Source: the human T2T-CHM13v2.0 reference genome, Homo sapiens. From it: a DNA stretch of 64,000 nt. Location of the stretch: NCBI RefSeq assembly GCF_009914755.1, contig NC_060936.1; one strand, 5' to 3'. The notes beneath the pieces were generated by a model. It was not told where the DNA came from. It saw only the letters and a list, made by a program, of their open reading frames with translations, and searched no databases. The position numbers and the translations under genes were made by a program. Shown one piece after another: positions 1-13,703 of the stretch (position 1 is its first letter; the number at the start of each line of letters is the position of its first letter).

Positions 1-154
1 AGTTGGGGGTTCTGATGTTCCTCGTAGACAAAGAACGAATCTCCTGGTTGGCAACTCCAGGATTCCCTAACTTGGAATATTCAGGTGCTTCTGCCATACA
101 GGGTTATTCTCAGGGTATGCTTAAGTTATTGCTATCAGATGCATTTACCATGCA
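1..154 (-). mobile_element. ERV LTR 5' end, LTR47-like, truncated by window edge
   Basis: Reverse complement starts TGCATGGTAAATGCATCTGATAGCAATAACTTAAGCATACCCTGAGAATAACCCTGTATGGCAG, resembling the LTR47 start as I recall it. A MER94-like terminus (gataaattgtatggtcaccctg) follows at 157-178. Confidence 0.55.
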
Positions 155-739
155 CTGATAAATTGTATGGTCACCCTGCATAATGTTAATATGATTTGTA
201 GTTGCTGGTCCCTTTCTCATAGAGGTGGAATGAGGCAGGTATGCTGAATGACCTTGCTGTTTCTTGTAAAATTAATCACCAAAGCAAAGGCTAAACCTTA
301 GAATGACTCTCAGCCTTCCCTGAATGATCTTTACTGTTGCTGTCAGGGCTTTAACTTGTCAGCACTATCGAAAGCATGATTGATTATTTCTGTATTACAG
401 CGTTCAAAGCCATCCTCCCTGTTAACTTTAACCTGCTCTTAGGTCTATATCAAATTTAATTTGTGGTGTGTGAGGGAGGTATAGGAATCCCTATTTGAAG
501 GATATGTTTCTTAATAATCGTCCTCAAATGATACTGAAGTAGAGATAATATAACATGAATTTTTAAAAAGCACGTTTTCAGACAAACATTTTTGGGGTAT
601 GAAATCGAAGATACGGGGTACCACTTTGCAGGTGGATCTTTTTTTTTAGAAACTTAAAGTGATTTATATGCTGAATGATACAGTGTTCCACATCTTTTTC
701 AACTTAGAATAAAATATAGAAGGCATGTTAATCAAGTTT

Positions 740-1010
740 GTGAATGAAAAAGTTTGAAGTTGTAAATAATATTTTTAAATGAGAGATTGAGAATTCTTTA
801 ATAGCTTAAAACAATGACTAAAATATAGACTAAGTTGAATAGGTCAGAATATGAATTTCTGCATTTAGATTACAAATAGTAGTTATGCAAGTGCAGGAAT
901 AAGGAAACAACATAGTTCATATGAAAAAGACATAATGGTTTTAGTTGAACAGAAGCTCAGTATAATGGCTGTTTAGAATGTCAGTGTACTTTGGTTTCTG
1001 ATGGCATGTG
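740..1010 (+). mobile_element. L3/CR1 LINE fragment, part 1
   Basis: Degenerate CR1 motifs: ctgcatttag...agttcatatgaaaaagac...ggttttagttgaacagaagctcagtat. Confidence 0.55.
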
Positions 1011-1927
1011 AGACTAGATACTCTGAATTACTCCTCTAGTAAAAATGAATATAAATAAAAATGCTGGATAAATTATGTAAGATGTATCCCTAAATGGCAA
1101 GAAAACATGAAAATAAAAGACCAAACATTGGCCTGAAAGTGAAAGCAAGAAATCAGAGAGATAAGGGGAACACCTGGTTAGAGAGCACTTGCTGAGTCCA
1201 GTTGAGCTTGAATTTTCTTGGTCCCTTGTTGCACTGGAGACAAGAGACAAAGCCCAGAGCCTCCTATGGAGAAAAAAGTTTAGTAGACAATGTCTCCACA
1301 TAGAGCTGGGACCCCTAAAGACTACTTTCATAGTGTATTGTAGAACTAGAAATATAACTTCCTTTGACCACCTCCCAGTCCGCAGAAAATCTCAGAAAAA
1401 CTGCCTAATATTTTATAACCAATAATAATCAGCATTCATGGAGGTTTTCAGTTCTAATTTAGACCTATAGGTGGTCCAAAGAAAAGGCAAATTATATAGT
1501 TGTAGAGTGGTTCCACCATAGTAGCACAAGGCAGAAGCTAGTGCAGGTCCTTTTTGGAGGAATCTTTCTTCAGGGCAAGCCTTGAAGAGTTTAAAAAGTT
1601 TTAAGAAATTTTAATGACAGTCAGGAATCACAAAACAAAGTAAACAAGGCATCATCGATAGAACCAGCCAAAATAGTAGATAACAGAATTAGGTGTGTAA
1701 TAATCTCAGATATTATAGTTGTCAGAAAGAATGTAAAATAACTTTTAAAGAAATGGAAAGGTTAAAAATATGAGTAAATTGCAAGTGAATATAAAAATGA
1801 CAAAAAAAAATCTGAAAAAAACTAAATAGTTCTTTGAGAAATAAACATATAATTGGAATTTAAAAACCAGCAAATAGGTTTAATGGCAAACTAGACATAG
1901 CCAGAGCAAGAATTAAGCAACTGGAAG

Positions 1928-2175
1928 ATAGTTCTGAGCTTTTTGACTGTGACCCACAGAAAGAAATTCACTTACTGGCACATGTGTATGCATATGATAC
2001 ATGTGTATGATTTAAGCCAAAGTATCTAGAAACTGATCTTATCAGTTCTCTACTAAAGGTAATGTTCTCTACTATTGGCTTTTCTCATTTATTCTTTTTC
2101 ATTAAAAATGTTGGGACCAACCCAGGAAATTTTATAAACTGCAATGGGTTACGACCATAGTTTCGAAGGAAACTG
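1928..2175. mobile_element. hAT-Charlie fossil, Charlie4z-like
   Basis: ctttttgactgtgacccacagaaagaaat...aatgggttacgaccatagtttcgaaggaaactg. Confidence 0.55.
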
Positions 2176-2624
2176 ATTTTAATAAAATTGAATATGTGTA
2201 TACCCTACAACCCAGCACATGTCCAGCATAGTTCAGAGCACTTTGTGTGGTACCAAAAAAAGAAAAAAAACAAAAAAGCTGGAGAAAAAACATGGATTGT
2301 AGAAAGCATAAGGCATTTTTTATCTGTACAGTGGATTACCGTAGGACAGGGGTGATACTAAAAATAGTGAACAACCAGTACAGTGTAGACACCATGCAGT
2401 CAGTGTGGCTGCTGCCCATAAACAGCGAGCCTCAGCCCATACCCGTGTGTGCCAGCCTGTTGACAGCCCTTTCTGTACCTTTGAAAATGAATGAACTACC
2501 AGTTCGTGCATCAACAACAGAAAAACAAGTTCTAAAAGATTTTATGTAGTATGATTCCATTCATATGAGCTTCAGAAATTTGCACAAAACTGAAGTAGTA
2601 TATTGTTTAAGGATACAATCATGT

Positions 2625-2923
2625 ATTTATTTATTTATTTCTGGAGATAGGGTCTGGCCCAGTCACCAAGGCTGGAGTGCAGTCGCATGATTATAGCTCA
2701 CTCACCCTCTAACTCTTGGACTCGAGCAATCCTCCTGCCTCAGCCTCCTCAGTAGCTGGGACTACAGATGTGCACTGCTACACGTAGCTTTTTTTTTTTT
2801 TTTTTTTCTTTTTTAGTTCTTTTGTAGAGATGGGGTCTTGTTATGTTGCCCAGACTGACCTCAAACCCCTGGGCTCAAGCCATCCTCCTGCTTCAGCCTT
2901 CCAAAGTGGTGGGATTACAGGTG

Positions 2924-2927
<4 letters not shown>
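2625..2927 (-). mobile_element. AluJ lacking its first ~15 nt
   Basis: Antisense Alu with J-type features (gctcaagccatcctcc, tcttgttatgttgccc) and a (TTTA)n tail. Confidence 0.9.
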
Positions 2928-3205
<278 letters not shown>

Positions 3206-3431
3206 AAACTATTTTTTAAAAGGCAAGGGTACACACAAAATTAAGGAGAATTGTTGTTACCTTTTAATGGAGGACAAGAGGTTGGATTAAGAAGGGTCAC
3301 AAAAGGAGCTTCAAGGTAACTTTTTCTTCTTAAAATTGTGAGTGCATGAATGTTTCCTTTTGTTTATACCTTACTCATTTTATGAGTACTCTTTTGCCTG
3401 TTCAACATTTAGTAAAATTAATTTTAAAAAG

Positions 3432-3571
3432 TCAAGGCAGGATTAACACAGGCAATAAATCATTTATGCTGATCAGACCATTTTTGGAAAGTTGTTTTTA
3501 GTTTTGGGTGCCAAATTTTATGGACATTAACAAACTGAAATGTGTCCAGAGGAAAGCATCCAGGGTGGTGA
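3432..3571 (+). mobile_element. L3/CR1 fragment, part 2
   Basis: ggacattaacaaactgaaatgtgtccagaggaaagcatccagggtggtga resembles the CR1 ORF2 3' region. Confidence 0.65.
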
Positions 3572-4354
3572 TATAAACCACCACCCTGGTCTTGAGCCTT
3601 TCATTTTTCAGATGCAGATTCACACGCATTCTCATTATTGGTGGTTTTGACTCCCCTGGATTGGCCTGCTAGTGCTTAATGCAAACCTTTTGTTAACTCC
3701 CAGGTTATTGCACTTTTTGCCGCACCAATCAGAAATGAGTTCCAAGAAGTTCCACAAATGTTCTGTAGTGTGATGGTTTGCTAAAGGTTTTTTGTGTGTG
3801 TGTGGGAGGGAGGCATCTAATGCTGTAACTATAGACCCTATGTCATGTTGTTACTGTATTATACCAAATTATAGCTCAAACAAGGGATCTTTCATTGCTG
3901 GGATCAGACAAACCCTCTGCTGTCCACAGCTCCTGAAGGCATCACTAGATTCAGGTAGTATCCACCGAAGGGAAATACATAAGGATAATTTAGTTTGGTG
4001 CCTTTCAGAGACTATCGTATGGTTTTCTGTCTATGGCAGTGCAGGGGTCCAGTTCATCTGGCCAGGGCCTTAGCTCTGTGTAAACAAGGAGGGGTAGGCA
4101 GATGGCAGCATTTGTCTGGATAATAATTACTTGAGGTAAATGAGTAAATCGGCAATTATCGAGGATCTGCAATGTGGCAAGTGTTGTTAGGTGTTTTCTC
4201 ATAAAAATATTCCACTTCATAGGGAAGGAAGTGGTCTTATCCCCATCTTACAGATGTGGAATTTAGGGAGGGGTCGCCAAAATTAATATTTGGGGGAGAG
4301 AAAAAGGGGAGGAGAGCATGCTTTCAGCAGTGCAGTGCTAGGGCTGTGGAGTCC

Positions 4355-4610
4355 TGGCTAAAGGCAGTGTGTGGTGTGGTTAGGAGCACAGATTGCAGCA
4401 GACAGGGCTGGATTCGTATGCTGACTGTCATTTACTAGCAGGGACACCTGGGACATATGTTCTTTAACTACCTGTGCCTCTCGTATCATCAGAAAACAAG
4501 GAAAACCCCTATTTCATGAGATTGTTAAGATAATTAAATGAATTAACATACATAAAGTACTTTGAACAGTGGCTTGGCCCACAGGGCTATAAAAGTGAAG
4601 TGTTTGGTGA
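4355..4610 (+). mobile_element. MIR
   Basis: gtggttaggagcacaga...ctgtgcctc...gagattgttaagataattaaatga...aagtactttgaacagtg. Confidence 0.75.
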
Positions 4611-5480
4611 AGTTTTTTTCTATGCTGGCTTGTAGCAAGTGATTCTCTTGGTCTCAGTGACCCTGTAGCAGAGTCTGTCCTCAGTCTTAAAGGGGTGAGA
4701 TTTTTATATCCAGTCGAGCTTCCCAGCATCCCAAGTTGGGTTCAGATGTACCCAGAGGATAGGTGTGGCCTTGATTTACATTAATTAGATCTTCTTCCTC
4801 CAGGCTCCTGCACTTCACAGGGCTATAGAAACCTGCCAGTGACAATTTTTAAAAGACACACCAGGTGTACTTATTCCCAAGAACTTGCTCTGCAGATGAG
4901 GAAACTGAAGCTCAGGGAGGTTATAACTGTCCCAAGTTCACATGACAGCAGAGCTAATATTAGAATGTTTGCTGTTATCTGTGTTACCTCTAGAATGTAC
5001 AGAGGAGAAGGGCAGTTTTCTCTTTGAAGCCTTAATTTCATACAAGGTGGATGACCTCACATATCTTGGTCCACTGGACTATCAGGACTTGTAGGTTCTC
5101 TGTGCCCTTTTGAGGCCTATGATGTGCAGGCTGCTCCCAGCTTTCAAGCCCCGCAAGAGCAGCTTACTTCTTCTTAGAGCACCTCTTTCAGCTGCTCCTC
5201 TTAACCCAGTTTCCCTCTAAATTGTGTAGGGACTAGACATTCATTGACTCCTTCCATGTGTTTCTTGTAGTCTCACCTATTATTTCCAGTGGCCATTGGC
5301 TTCTCATAACCCTGACAAGGCTCCTAGTTACTTACTGCTGCCTTTCTCTTCTTTTGCTGCCTCTTCTCTTTGCTTTAATTTCCTTTCGTTATCCACTTCT
5401 CCCCTCTTATGGGTTCGTACACACTGTCACTTGTGTATTGCTACCATTTTTTTTGTAACTTGGGGCAGGATTGAACTACC

Positions 5481-5809
5481 GTTTTTTTTGTTTGTTTGTT
5501 TGTTTGTTTGTTTGTTTGTTTGTTTGTTTTGCAACGGAGTTTCGCTCGTCGCCCAGGCTGGAGTGCAATGGCGCAATCTCAGCTCACCGCAACCTCGCCT
5601 CCCGGGTTCAAGCGATTCTCGTGCCTCAGCCTCCTGAGTAGCTGGGATTATAGGCATGTGCCACCATGCCCAGCTAATTTTGTATTTTTAGTAGAGACAG
5701 GGTTTCTCCATATTGGTCAGGCTGGTCTCGAACTCCCAACCTCAGGTGATCCACCTGCCTCGGCCTCCCAAAGTGCTGGGATTACAGGCATGAGCTACCA
5801 CGCCTGGCC
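5481..5809 (-). mobile_element. AluSp-like with (TTTG)n tail
   Basis: Sp diagnostics (gcaatgg, ctcaccgcaacc, tttctccat, ggtcagg). TSD caggattgaact at 5466-5477 and 5810-5821. Confidence 0.92.
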
Positions 5810-6386
5810 CAGGATTGAACTCTTGACATTTGGAGCCGTTGCTAGGCAGTGAGTGTTCATGATATGAACTGACCAAAATCCACAGTACATCTTGTGAGCT
5901 ATGCGGTCATGCCTCTTAGATTTTTTTGACTAGCCTGGAGCCAAATTGAACATTATTAACACAGCATTACAGCCAATATAAGCTTTCATCAAGGAGAGTA
6001 TACCAAAATTGAGCCAAAAACTGGGATGCTTTAATTCCATACTAAGACAGGAAATGATAAGGTTTCAGAAACAGGTAAAGTATAATCTGTACAAGTGCCC
6101 GGTTTAAGTGGTGTTTAAACCTAAGGATAATTTTTTCTTCAGCTTGAAGTGGCTTTATTGTTTATGCTTTTCTTTGCACTGAAATAAGGACAATATTCAG
6201 AATTAACATACATTATGCAACAGCTCAATTTAGGAAATTAAATAGTTGTTTAAAACATACTTGAACATGCCAACACATTGTATTCATTTTCTATCCAACA
6301 GTAGAATATTATTCACTTTCTATATTTTTTGCCTTTTAAAATATATGCCAAAAATTTCTACCAGCTCTTTTTTAAAAAGAGAATGA

Positions 6387-6736
<350 letters not shown>

Positions 6737-8429
6737 GAAATTAATGTTATTTTTTAAAAAATGAATTCCTTCCTAGCATTTGAGCTTGCTTTTTTAGTAG
6801 GCTCTTTTTAAAATAAGTTTTTTTGAGACCATAAAGGGAACACAGTGGGAAAAAGTATAAAACATCCATGCAGACAGCCTTCAACTCAAAACTGTCAGGT
6901 CTTTAAAAGCAATCTTGGAACTTTTCTTTTTGTCTGGTAGCAGTCCTATTATTGAACAGATGGTTAATTCACACAATAAGCTGGATAATCAAATCCGATG
7001 AGCTAAGATGGGGTTAACTAGAGCAATCTGTAGTATTTAGAAAAATTTCCAGGGTGATTGGGGAATGGTGACTGCAGTCATTATTTGGGATTCGTTTCTG
7101 TTAGTACAAAAATAGAACTTAAAGTCACAATTTAATAAAAAAAATTTCTTTCATTTAGAAAATAGCCCTCTCCCTCATGACTAAACAATCATTTGTAGGG
7201 GAGAAGAAGAGAGATTTGTATCAGCCACCTGCACTGCCAGTTCAGGAAATAGTATGTGAAATTCCTGCTTTATCAGGAACCCCTCCTGGCCTTCCTCTGG
7301 TTCTCATTTATTGAGTTTGCCGGATCCTGTGCTAGGTGGTGGGACCATAAAGAAGAAATGGGATGGGATTCCATGGTATGGTAGGGAAATGGGTCTAAAC
7401 AAGTAACAAAACAGTGTGGAAACCTCCCGAGAATTCCTATAGTATGTTTAGAGAAACTGTCTCCTGGAGGATGGTTCACAACATCTGTTTAATTACCTTT
7501 GTAATTTTCTTCACTTAACTTAAAAACTAGTTAGCTTTTTGAATTTTTCTTGATTTTAGAAAGCATCTCTGAGGGGTATGCCTATCTTGCTGGAATTCTG
7601 CAAACTCACTGTGCCTCCAACAGAGCCTTGTACTTACCAAGCGGTAGTAAAGACAGATTTACAATGTCTCCTTTGCAGAGTGATTCTACTTGTCTGTTCT
7701 TCAGGTTTCTTTCCCTCCCAACATTTCTGCCTGTCAGAATGTTTTCTCTTAAAACTAAGGCCCAACCATATGTTTTCTCATAATCACTGGGTCACACCCA
7801 CAGCCATACTGTTCTTTTCTGGGGGCTTCCTTGATGTAAACCTTTAGTATGTCCTGATTTCACATTTTCTGATGTGTGTTCTATAGTGAAACACAGTTTC
7901 TACTACTAGTGTGTTTTATATTTGTCTTAATCTATAGGCATTTAACAGTGTCTTTCTTTCCCCCCACCCCCTCTTTCTTTCTGATTCAAATTGGAATGAT
8001 AGAAGACACCTAAATAATATGATGAATACTTATCAAAACGGCGAAGTTGGTTTTCTGAAAAAAGCTCTCTGTTGTGTGAAATATTGAAGTGTTATCCAGG
8101 AGAAGGAGACTTTATTCAAATAGTCATCTTATAGCTTGTCTACTAAAGTTGATGAAATTCATTTTCCAAACTGGTTTAAACAAAAATGATTACTTAGCTA
8201 TTTAAAAAACAATTGATCATATCTCTTTCTTGTCTTATCCCTTCTCCTCTGCCACTCTTCTGATTTCTTGCATAACATTTAATAACAAATCATAAGACTA
8301 ACAAGGATGCATTTCAATTCCTTATGGTTTATGGATCAGTTTATTAGGTCAAGGGTGTGGTGGGGCATGGGGGTGGAGGAATTATGGTAGAGAGTATGAA
8401 CATTTGCTAAGAGCAGCATGGGATAGGTG

Positions 8430-8660
8430 AATTTACCCAGTATGGGAGTCTGGCAGAAGTTTTAAAATCAAGTACATCTGAGTTCAAATCAGGGCTCCAC
8501 CGTTTACTAGTCACCTGAACCCGGGAAGGTACTAAATCTGAAATCTTAGTTTCTTCATGTGCAAAATGGAGACTGTAGGATTGACCTTGACAAGGTTGTG
8601 AACAGTGTCTGAACTGGGCAGAGTGGTGCCTGGGACTTATTTGTTGAGTGCCTATTATTA
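8430..8660 (+). mobile_element. MIR
   Basis: ctgagttcaaatcagggctccaccgtttactag...agtttcttcatgtgcaaaatgga. Confidence 0.75.
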
Positions 8661-9934
8661 CTTTTTAAAGCAAGGAAATGCATCCTGATCAAGTCACCTA
8701 ATCTTAACCTCAACTTTGTATAACCTGTATAATGGGAATATTGATAAATTAATGTGAAAAAAGTAAAAAAAAGTACAGCCATATATAAGCATAAGGGGCT
8801 TATTTCATGAAGGCTTCCTGGATATCCACCAGCCATTAGTGATTTCTCTTGTATGAACTCTGCTGTAGCTTTTTTCCAAATCTCTTTGGTGTTTATCAAA
8901 CATTTATTTGATACTATTGTTACTAGGCATTAGTTACATTTCACAAGTACTGTAGTTAGTGGAATGAAACCCATATCTTCATCATTGTAATCCCTGTGGT
9001 ATTTTAAATATGATAAGAGCTTGGTAAAGGTTTATTATATAAATAATTAATTTTGGTATTACCATTTTTCTCTGCTTTGCAAACTGATATAGCTTAATAG
9101 CATCATAATGGATTTATTTCCATAGAATATCTACCTTATTGTTTCTGTGATCATCTTATTAACATTTCATATGGACTATGTAAAACCTAAGATACCTTCC
9201 TTACTAACATTGTGTATTGCGTTTAGCAAAACTGAATTATATTTGGAGATGTAAGTCTTTGTATTTTGATGACAAGGTGAAAAAACCACCTTGAATGTTC
9301 CCACTCTTTTATTAGACAACAAAAATTTAGGAGTAGTTTAGAATTCTGTAGTATTTATAGTTTATTTTGTGGATACACAGGGATATCACTTATGAAAATG
9401 TGCTACCATAGTTTATTTGTAGTTGAATATTTACAATTTCAAACGGGTTTTCTCTTTTCAATAAAAAGAAATGTGCCTAAAAAAATACACACACACACAC
9501 ACAGAAAACATTTTGGGGATCTTGGAGTCACAGAGTAGAGAGTAGCTGGTTTCCTCCAAAACTTTTAGACTTTTTAGCTGATCTATAATACTTAAATAAC
9601 CAGAGCAATAAACTCTTCTCATTTTTACAGTAATAGAAATGTCAATATTGTCCATTGATTATCTGTCCTGGTGGGCCTAGTTTGGAGGAAGGGAGCACAC
9701 CCAACAATTAATCAGCTGTCATTAAAAGAAATATACAAGGAAATGAAGGGTTTGCATTCTTCTGTTGTTTAAAAAAAAAAGGTAGAGCCTCTTGGAAACT
9801 GGAATTTATTTTGCTCTTGAGTTATTCTTGAGCATTCTATTTTGCTTTTGTTCAGTGTTTAGAAATTACAATAACCTGATATTGTGTTAACATCAATAAC
9901 TTCTATTTGCATTGCTATAAACTATTTAATTTAA

Positions 9935-10432
9935 ATAAATTACTTATTACTGCATAACAAGTTGCCCCATGCCTACAGACGTAACTTTTTTTTTTTTCTT
10001 TTTTTGAACTCTCACCTAGTTTCTTTGGATCAGGGATCCAGGAATGGCTTGGGTGAATGGTTTTAATTCTGGATCTTTAATAAGGTTGCAACCTAGGTGA
10101 CAGTCCATTTTGTACGTAGTCTACATGAAGGTTTGACTGGGGCTGGAAAATCTACTTCCAAGGTGGTTCACTCACATGCCTCACAAATTTGCGCTGGTTG
10201 TTGGCAGAAGGCCTCAGCTCCTCACCATGTGGACCTCTCCATAGGGCTGCTTGAATGTCTGGCTTATATCAGGACAAGTGATCAGAGAGAGCAAGATGGA
10301 AGCTACCATGTCTTTATGTCATCATTCCACAATATCCTGTTGGCTGTACAGGTTATCTCTGTTCATTGTAGGAGAAGAATACACAAGGGTGTGAAAACCA
10401 TTGGGGGCCATTGTGGAGGCCAGCTACCAAAA
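9935..10432 (-). mobile_element. MaLR LTR, MLT1G/H-like
   Basis: tgcataacaa...gaaggtttgactggggctggaaaatctacttccaaggtggttcactcacatg...gggggccattgtggaggccagctacca. Confidence 0.8.
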
Positions 10433-10749
10433 TAAAAGAATGCTTAATCTTTAGCACATTTTTATAAGTGTCCAATTAATGTTTGAATCACGTTAAGTTT
10501 TACCAAAAATAATATAATTATTGGTGGGGCTGCCCCAATTTTTATCCTCTCCTTTTCCCCATAATTACATGTTGGTGTTCATTGATTTATGGTCATTTCA
10601 AATATTTGTATAATAGATAACTGTTTTTCAGACATGTGGTAATAGGAGTATTATATCTAGGTAAAAGGAATCATTTAGGTGAGCAGGACTTTCACTGAGG
10701 ATAAGCTCAGAACCACTGTACAATCTGCTGCCATTCTGTAAAACCCTCT

Positions 10750-11270
10750 GAATTCATCAAGCCTTCAGCAGACATTTATTGAGTACCACTTATGTGTTAG
10801 GCAATGTGAATGCAGGTGTCAGTGCAAAGTGTCTCTGCCCTCAAGAAGAGGCAAACATTTCAAACAGTTGTTGAAGAACATGGGCTCTGAGGTCAATTTG
10901 CTTGAGTTCAGTTCTTGCCTCTCCTGTTTAGCTCTATGACCCTGGGCCAGTTATTTAACCTTTTGATTCTTTTCTAATTATTCCCTTATTACATATTACC
11001 TGCCTCACAGGGTTGTTGTGAGAATTCGATGAACAGTACCAGTGAGTACTAAGTGTCAGCCACTTGAGAATACCTGGAGTGACTAGTTTTGATAAGGGGA
11101 GTTTCCAGGGAGTGATGAGATCATATTTGAGTGGAGTCTTGGAGAGTGAGTTGGAGTTTGGCCAGCACAAAAATTTGGTAAGGCCCGCACCTGGGATGCC
11201 AACTTGAAGGAGAGGCAGGGAAACTGAAGTGGGGTGAGGTAATGCATGCTACATGGTGGCTTCAGGGGAG
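10750..11270. mobile_element. L2 fragment (minus) interrupted by a MIR (~10870-11060, plus)
   Basis: cagcagacatttattgagtaccacttatgtgttaggca (L2 3' end). ctatgaccctgggccagttatttaacct...cctcacagggttgttgtgagaatt (MIR core). Confidence 0.7.
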
Positions 11271-13609
11271 GCACTGGAGGTGGGCCTGGACAGCCACGGG
11301 AAGGGATGTGAAGGGGTTTGTGGAAAAAACACAGTGCCTGCAGTTTCCTGAGACCGTTTTCACTTAAGCCTCTTGTTTCTCATTGCCTTCCTAGGTACTC
11401 GCACACCTGCCAGAGCTCATGTTTGTATTTATGGTTAGGAACATTTTGTCACTGCAGTTACCTGACAAAAGAAGGTTGAACTTTTTTGTGGAGACTTTCA
11501 AAAGCAGTAGGATAATAGGATTGGATCTTTTGGTTTGTTAGTTTTTGTAAAGTGACCTGGTGAAGAGTGAACAATGGATTGAGTAGTTAGGAGGTTGTAG
11601 GAATCGATGGGGAGCTGAGGGTGGGGGGCAGGTTCACAAGAGCCCAAGCCCTGACTTTTGTCAAGCTTGGCATTTCCCAGAGACATCCTGAGCACATTAC
11701 ATTCCCAGGGTACCCACAGAACTGCCCCCGCTCCCTGCACCGCTCATCTCATCTCATAGTGAATTTTGCAATTATAAAAGTTTAAGAAAGAGAGATTTTA
11801 ATCTCTGCATATATGTTAGTGTCAGTTTGAATTACATATGGGAGAATAAGCACCATAATCTTTTTGGCCTTTAAATCTCTGGCTCTAGTGACAACCTTAT
11901 TTTATGGACGAAGAAGATAACAATTATGTCAGTTTTAGAAACTCATTCTCAGCTATCTACTTCCCACTCTTAAAAGTTTTTCTTGAAAACACAACTAAAA
12001 AGAGAGATGAGATGAGGCTTTACTGAAGAAAAGTTGGTTAGGAAGAGATTTTGATTTAGGTAAATAAGAATAGTTTAGAAACCAGGCTAGACTTCAGACA
12101 GCTCCCAGGCCCAAGGATGGGAATGAGGGTAGTTGTTAGTCTATTTAGCCTCTTCTCACTTGGTTTTCAATTTGCTATCCAGTCGTCTTTCGCAGCAGGG
12201 TTGACCCTTCATTGCTTTTTGGATGGCACCGTCCACAGACAGGCTCTTTTGCCAAGTCCTGTCACCCTCACATGTGTATATTTCTTTTATCTTCTTTAGG
12301 AGGTAGGTAGGTCTACTTGAAGCCAGAAGACTCTAACTCAACATCTGGTATAAGAAGATGCAGTAGAAATTCTGTGTATCCAGCTAGCTTAAACCTATGT
12401 ATTTTTATTAGAAAAAAAAAATAATGTGACTGCTACTTTCTTTTTAAGATTTGGAAGCGGGCACTAGTGCACCTTTTTGTTACAACTGTAACACTATGTA
12501 AAAAATAATCAGGAAGCCATTGGCATTTTTATAACAACTATTAAGTTATATGAAGTGTGAGTGTAGTAACCAGCTTTGGAGACAAAGTCTTCATTCAGGG
12601 CTATAGCAGCTGTGCAGGGAGAGCCCAGCTATGAAAGGGGAAACTTTGGACTAACTTTCCCCTTCCTCAGTGGTGTTTGAAATGTGTATGTTTTCTTACA
12701 TTTGCATCAGATTTGGGGTCTGCCAGTTCTTTCTTCTTATGCTCTAATTTGATATTTCATATTATTTCATGACTAGGAAATTTAAGGATTTTAACATTTG
12801 GGGGCGGTATTTTCTATTCATAATAAAAGTAGTTTGATGTCTGGATAGATTTTTTTAAAAAAAAATGGTTGATGGAAGCTGGTCTTGTTGCTAAAGTAAA
12901 TCTTTCTATAAATAAATGCAGAAACATCTGTGAAGGGCATAGTCTGAATGTGGCAGACATATGAATTGCGTCAATTCCCATCTTGCGGCCAAGATTTCTT
13001 CCTTGGGCTTTCTTTATAGCTAATGTTGTGGCAAAGTTTCACATTCTCACAGCATTAGGCAGTAAAATGGTCAAAAGAAATGGTGCCAAGTTACCCTCTT
13101 TCTTAGGTTAGTCAGTAGTAGGAATTTGTACTTACCAAGGAAAAGTGCAGTGTATTTTTGTTTTTATTTTTTAGGACTGAAGACCTGAGAGGTCTCCTTC
13201 AACTTCAGTTTTAGCCCTGGCTTTAGGCAATTTTCCAAATGTAAAGCTACTTTCAAGAAATCAGTGTGGTATCACAGGGAGCTGGGGTCAGTAGAAAAAG
13301 AAGACACAAAGTCTCTCCTAGAACTCCATAGGCCAATCAAATGACCTTTTATAGAAACAACTGAAATTCCTTTTTCAAAAGCACAAAAATGCTAATTGAA
13401 ACCAAACCAAACAAACCCACCCCACAAGGACTGCAATTCAAATGGCTAAGGGGGAAGAGTGGGGACAGGGGAGGAAAATTCTTAGGAAAATTATCTGAAG
13501 CCATACACTTGTGTTTTGCTCTTTGGTGATTGTATGTTAAAATGGAATGATTTAGTATTTTTAAGATAAAAATTAGCCAGGACTGTAAGAACCCTATGTA
13601 CCTTTGCAG

Positions 13610-13703
13610 GTGCCTGTGTAGATCATCCTAGAATACCTGTGTGGTGCTGTCCTTCCTCAAGACTACCTCATTCTCACTGGCTCGGAGACTCCTGCCTGCT
13701 GAG
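13610..13703 (+). other. Candidate 94-nt non-coding (5'UTR or alternative) exon
   Basis: Acceptor-like cctttgcag|G at 13609/13610 and a consensus donor GAG|gtgagt at 13703/13704. No ATG inside. Lies in a repeat-poor block. Confidence 0.4.

Noticed and set aside
8015-8060. C/D-box snoRNA-like motifs (ATGATGA ... CTGA)
   Set aside because: Spacing is too short and there is no terminal stem. I recognised no snoRNA, tRNA or rRNA in the window.
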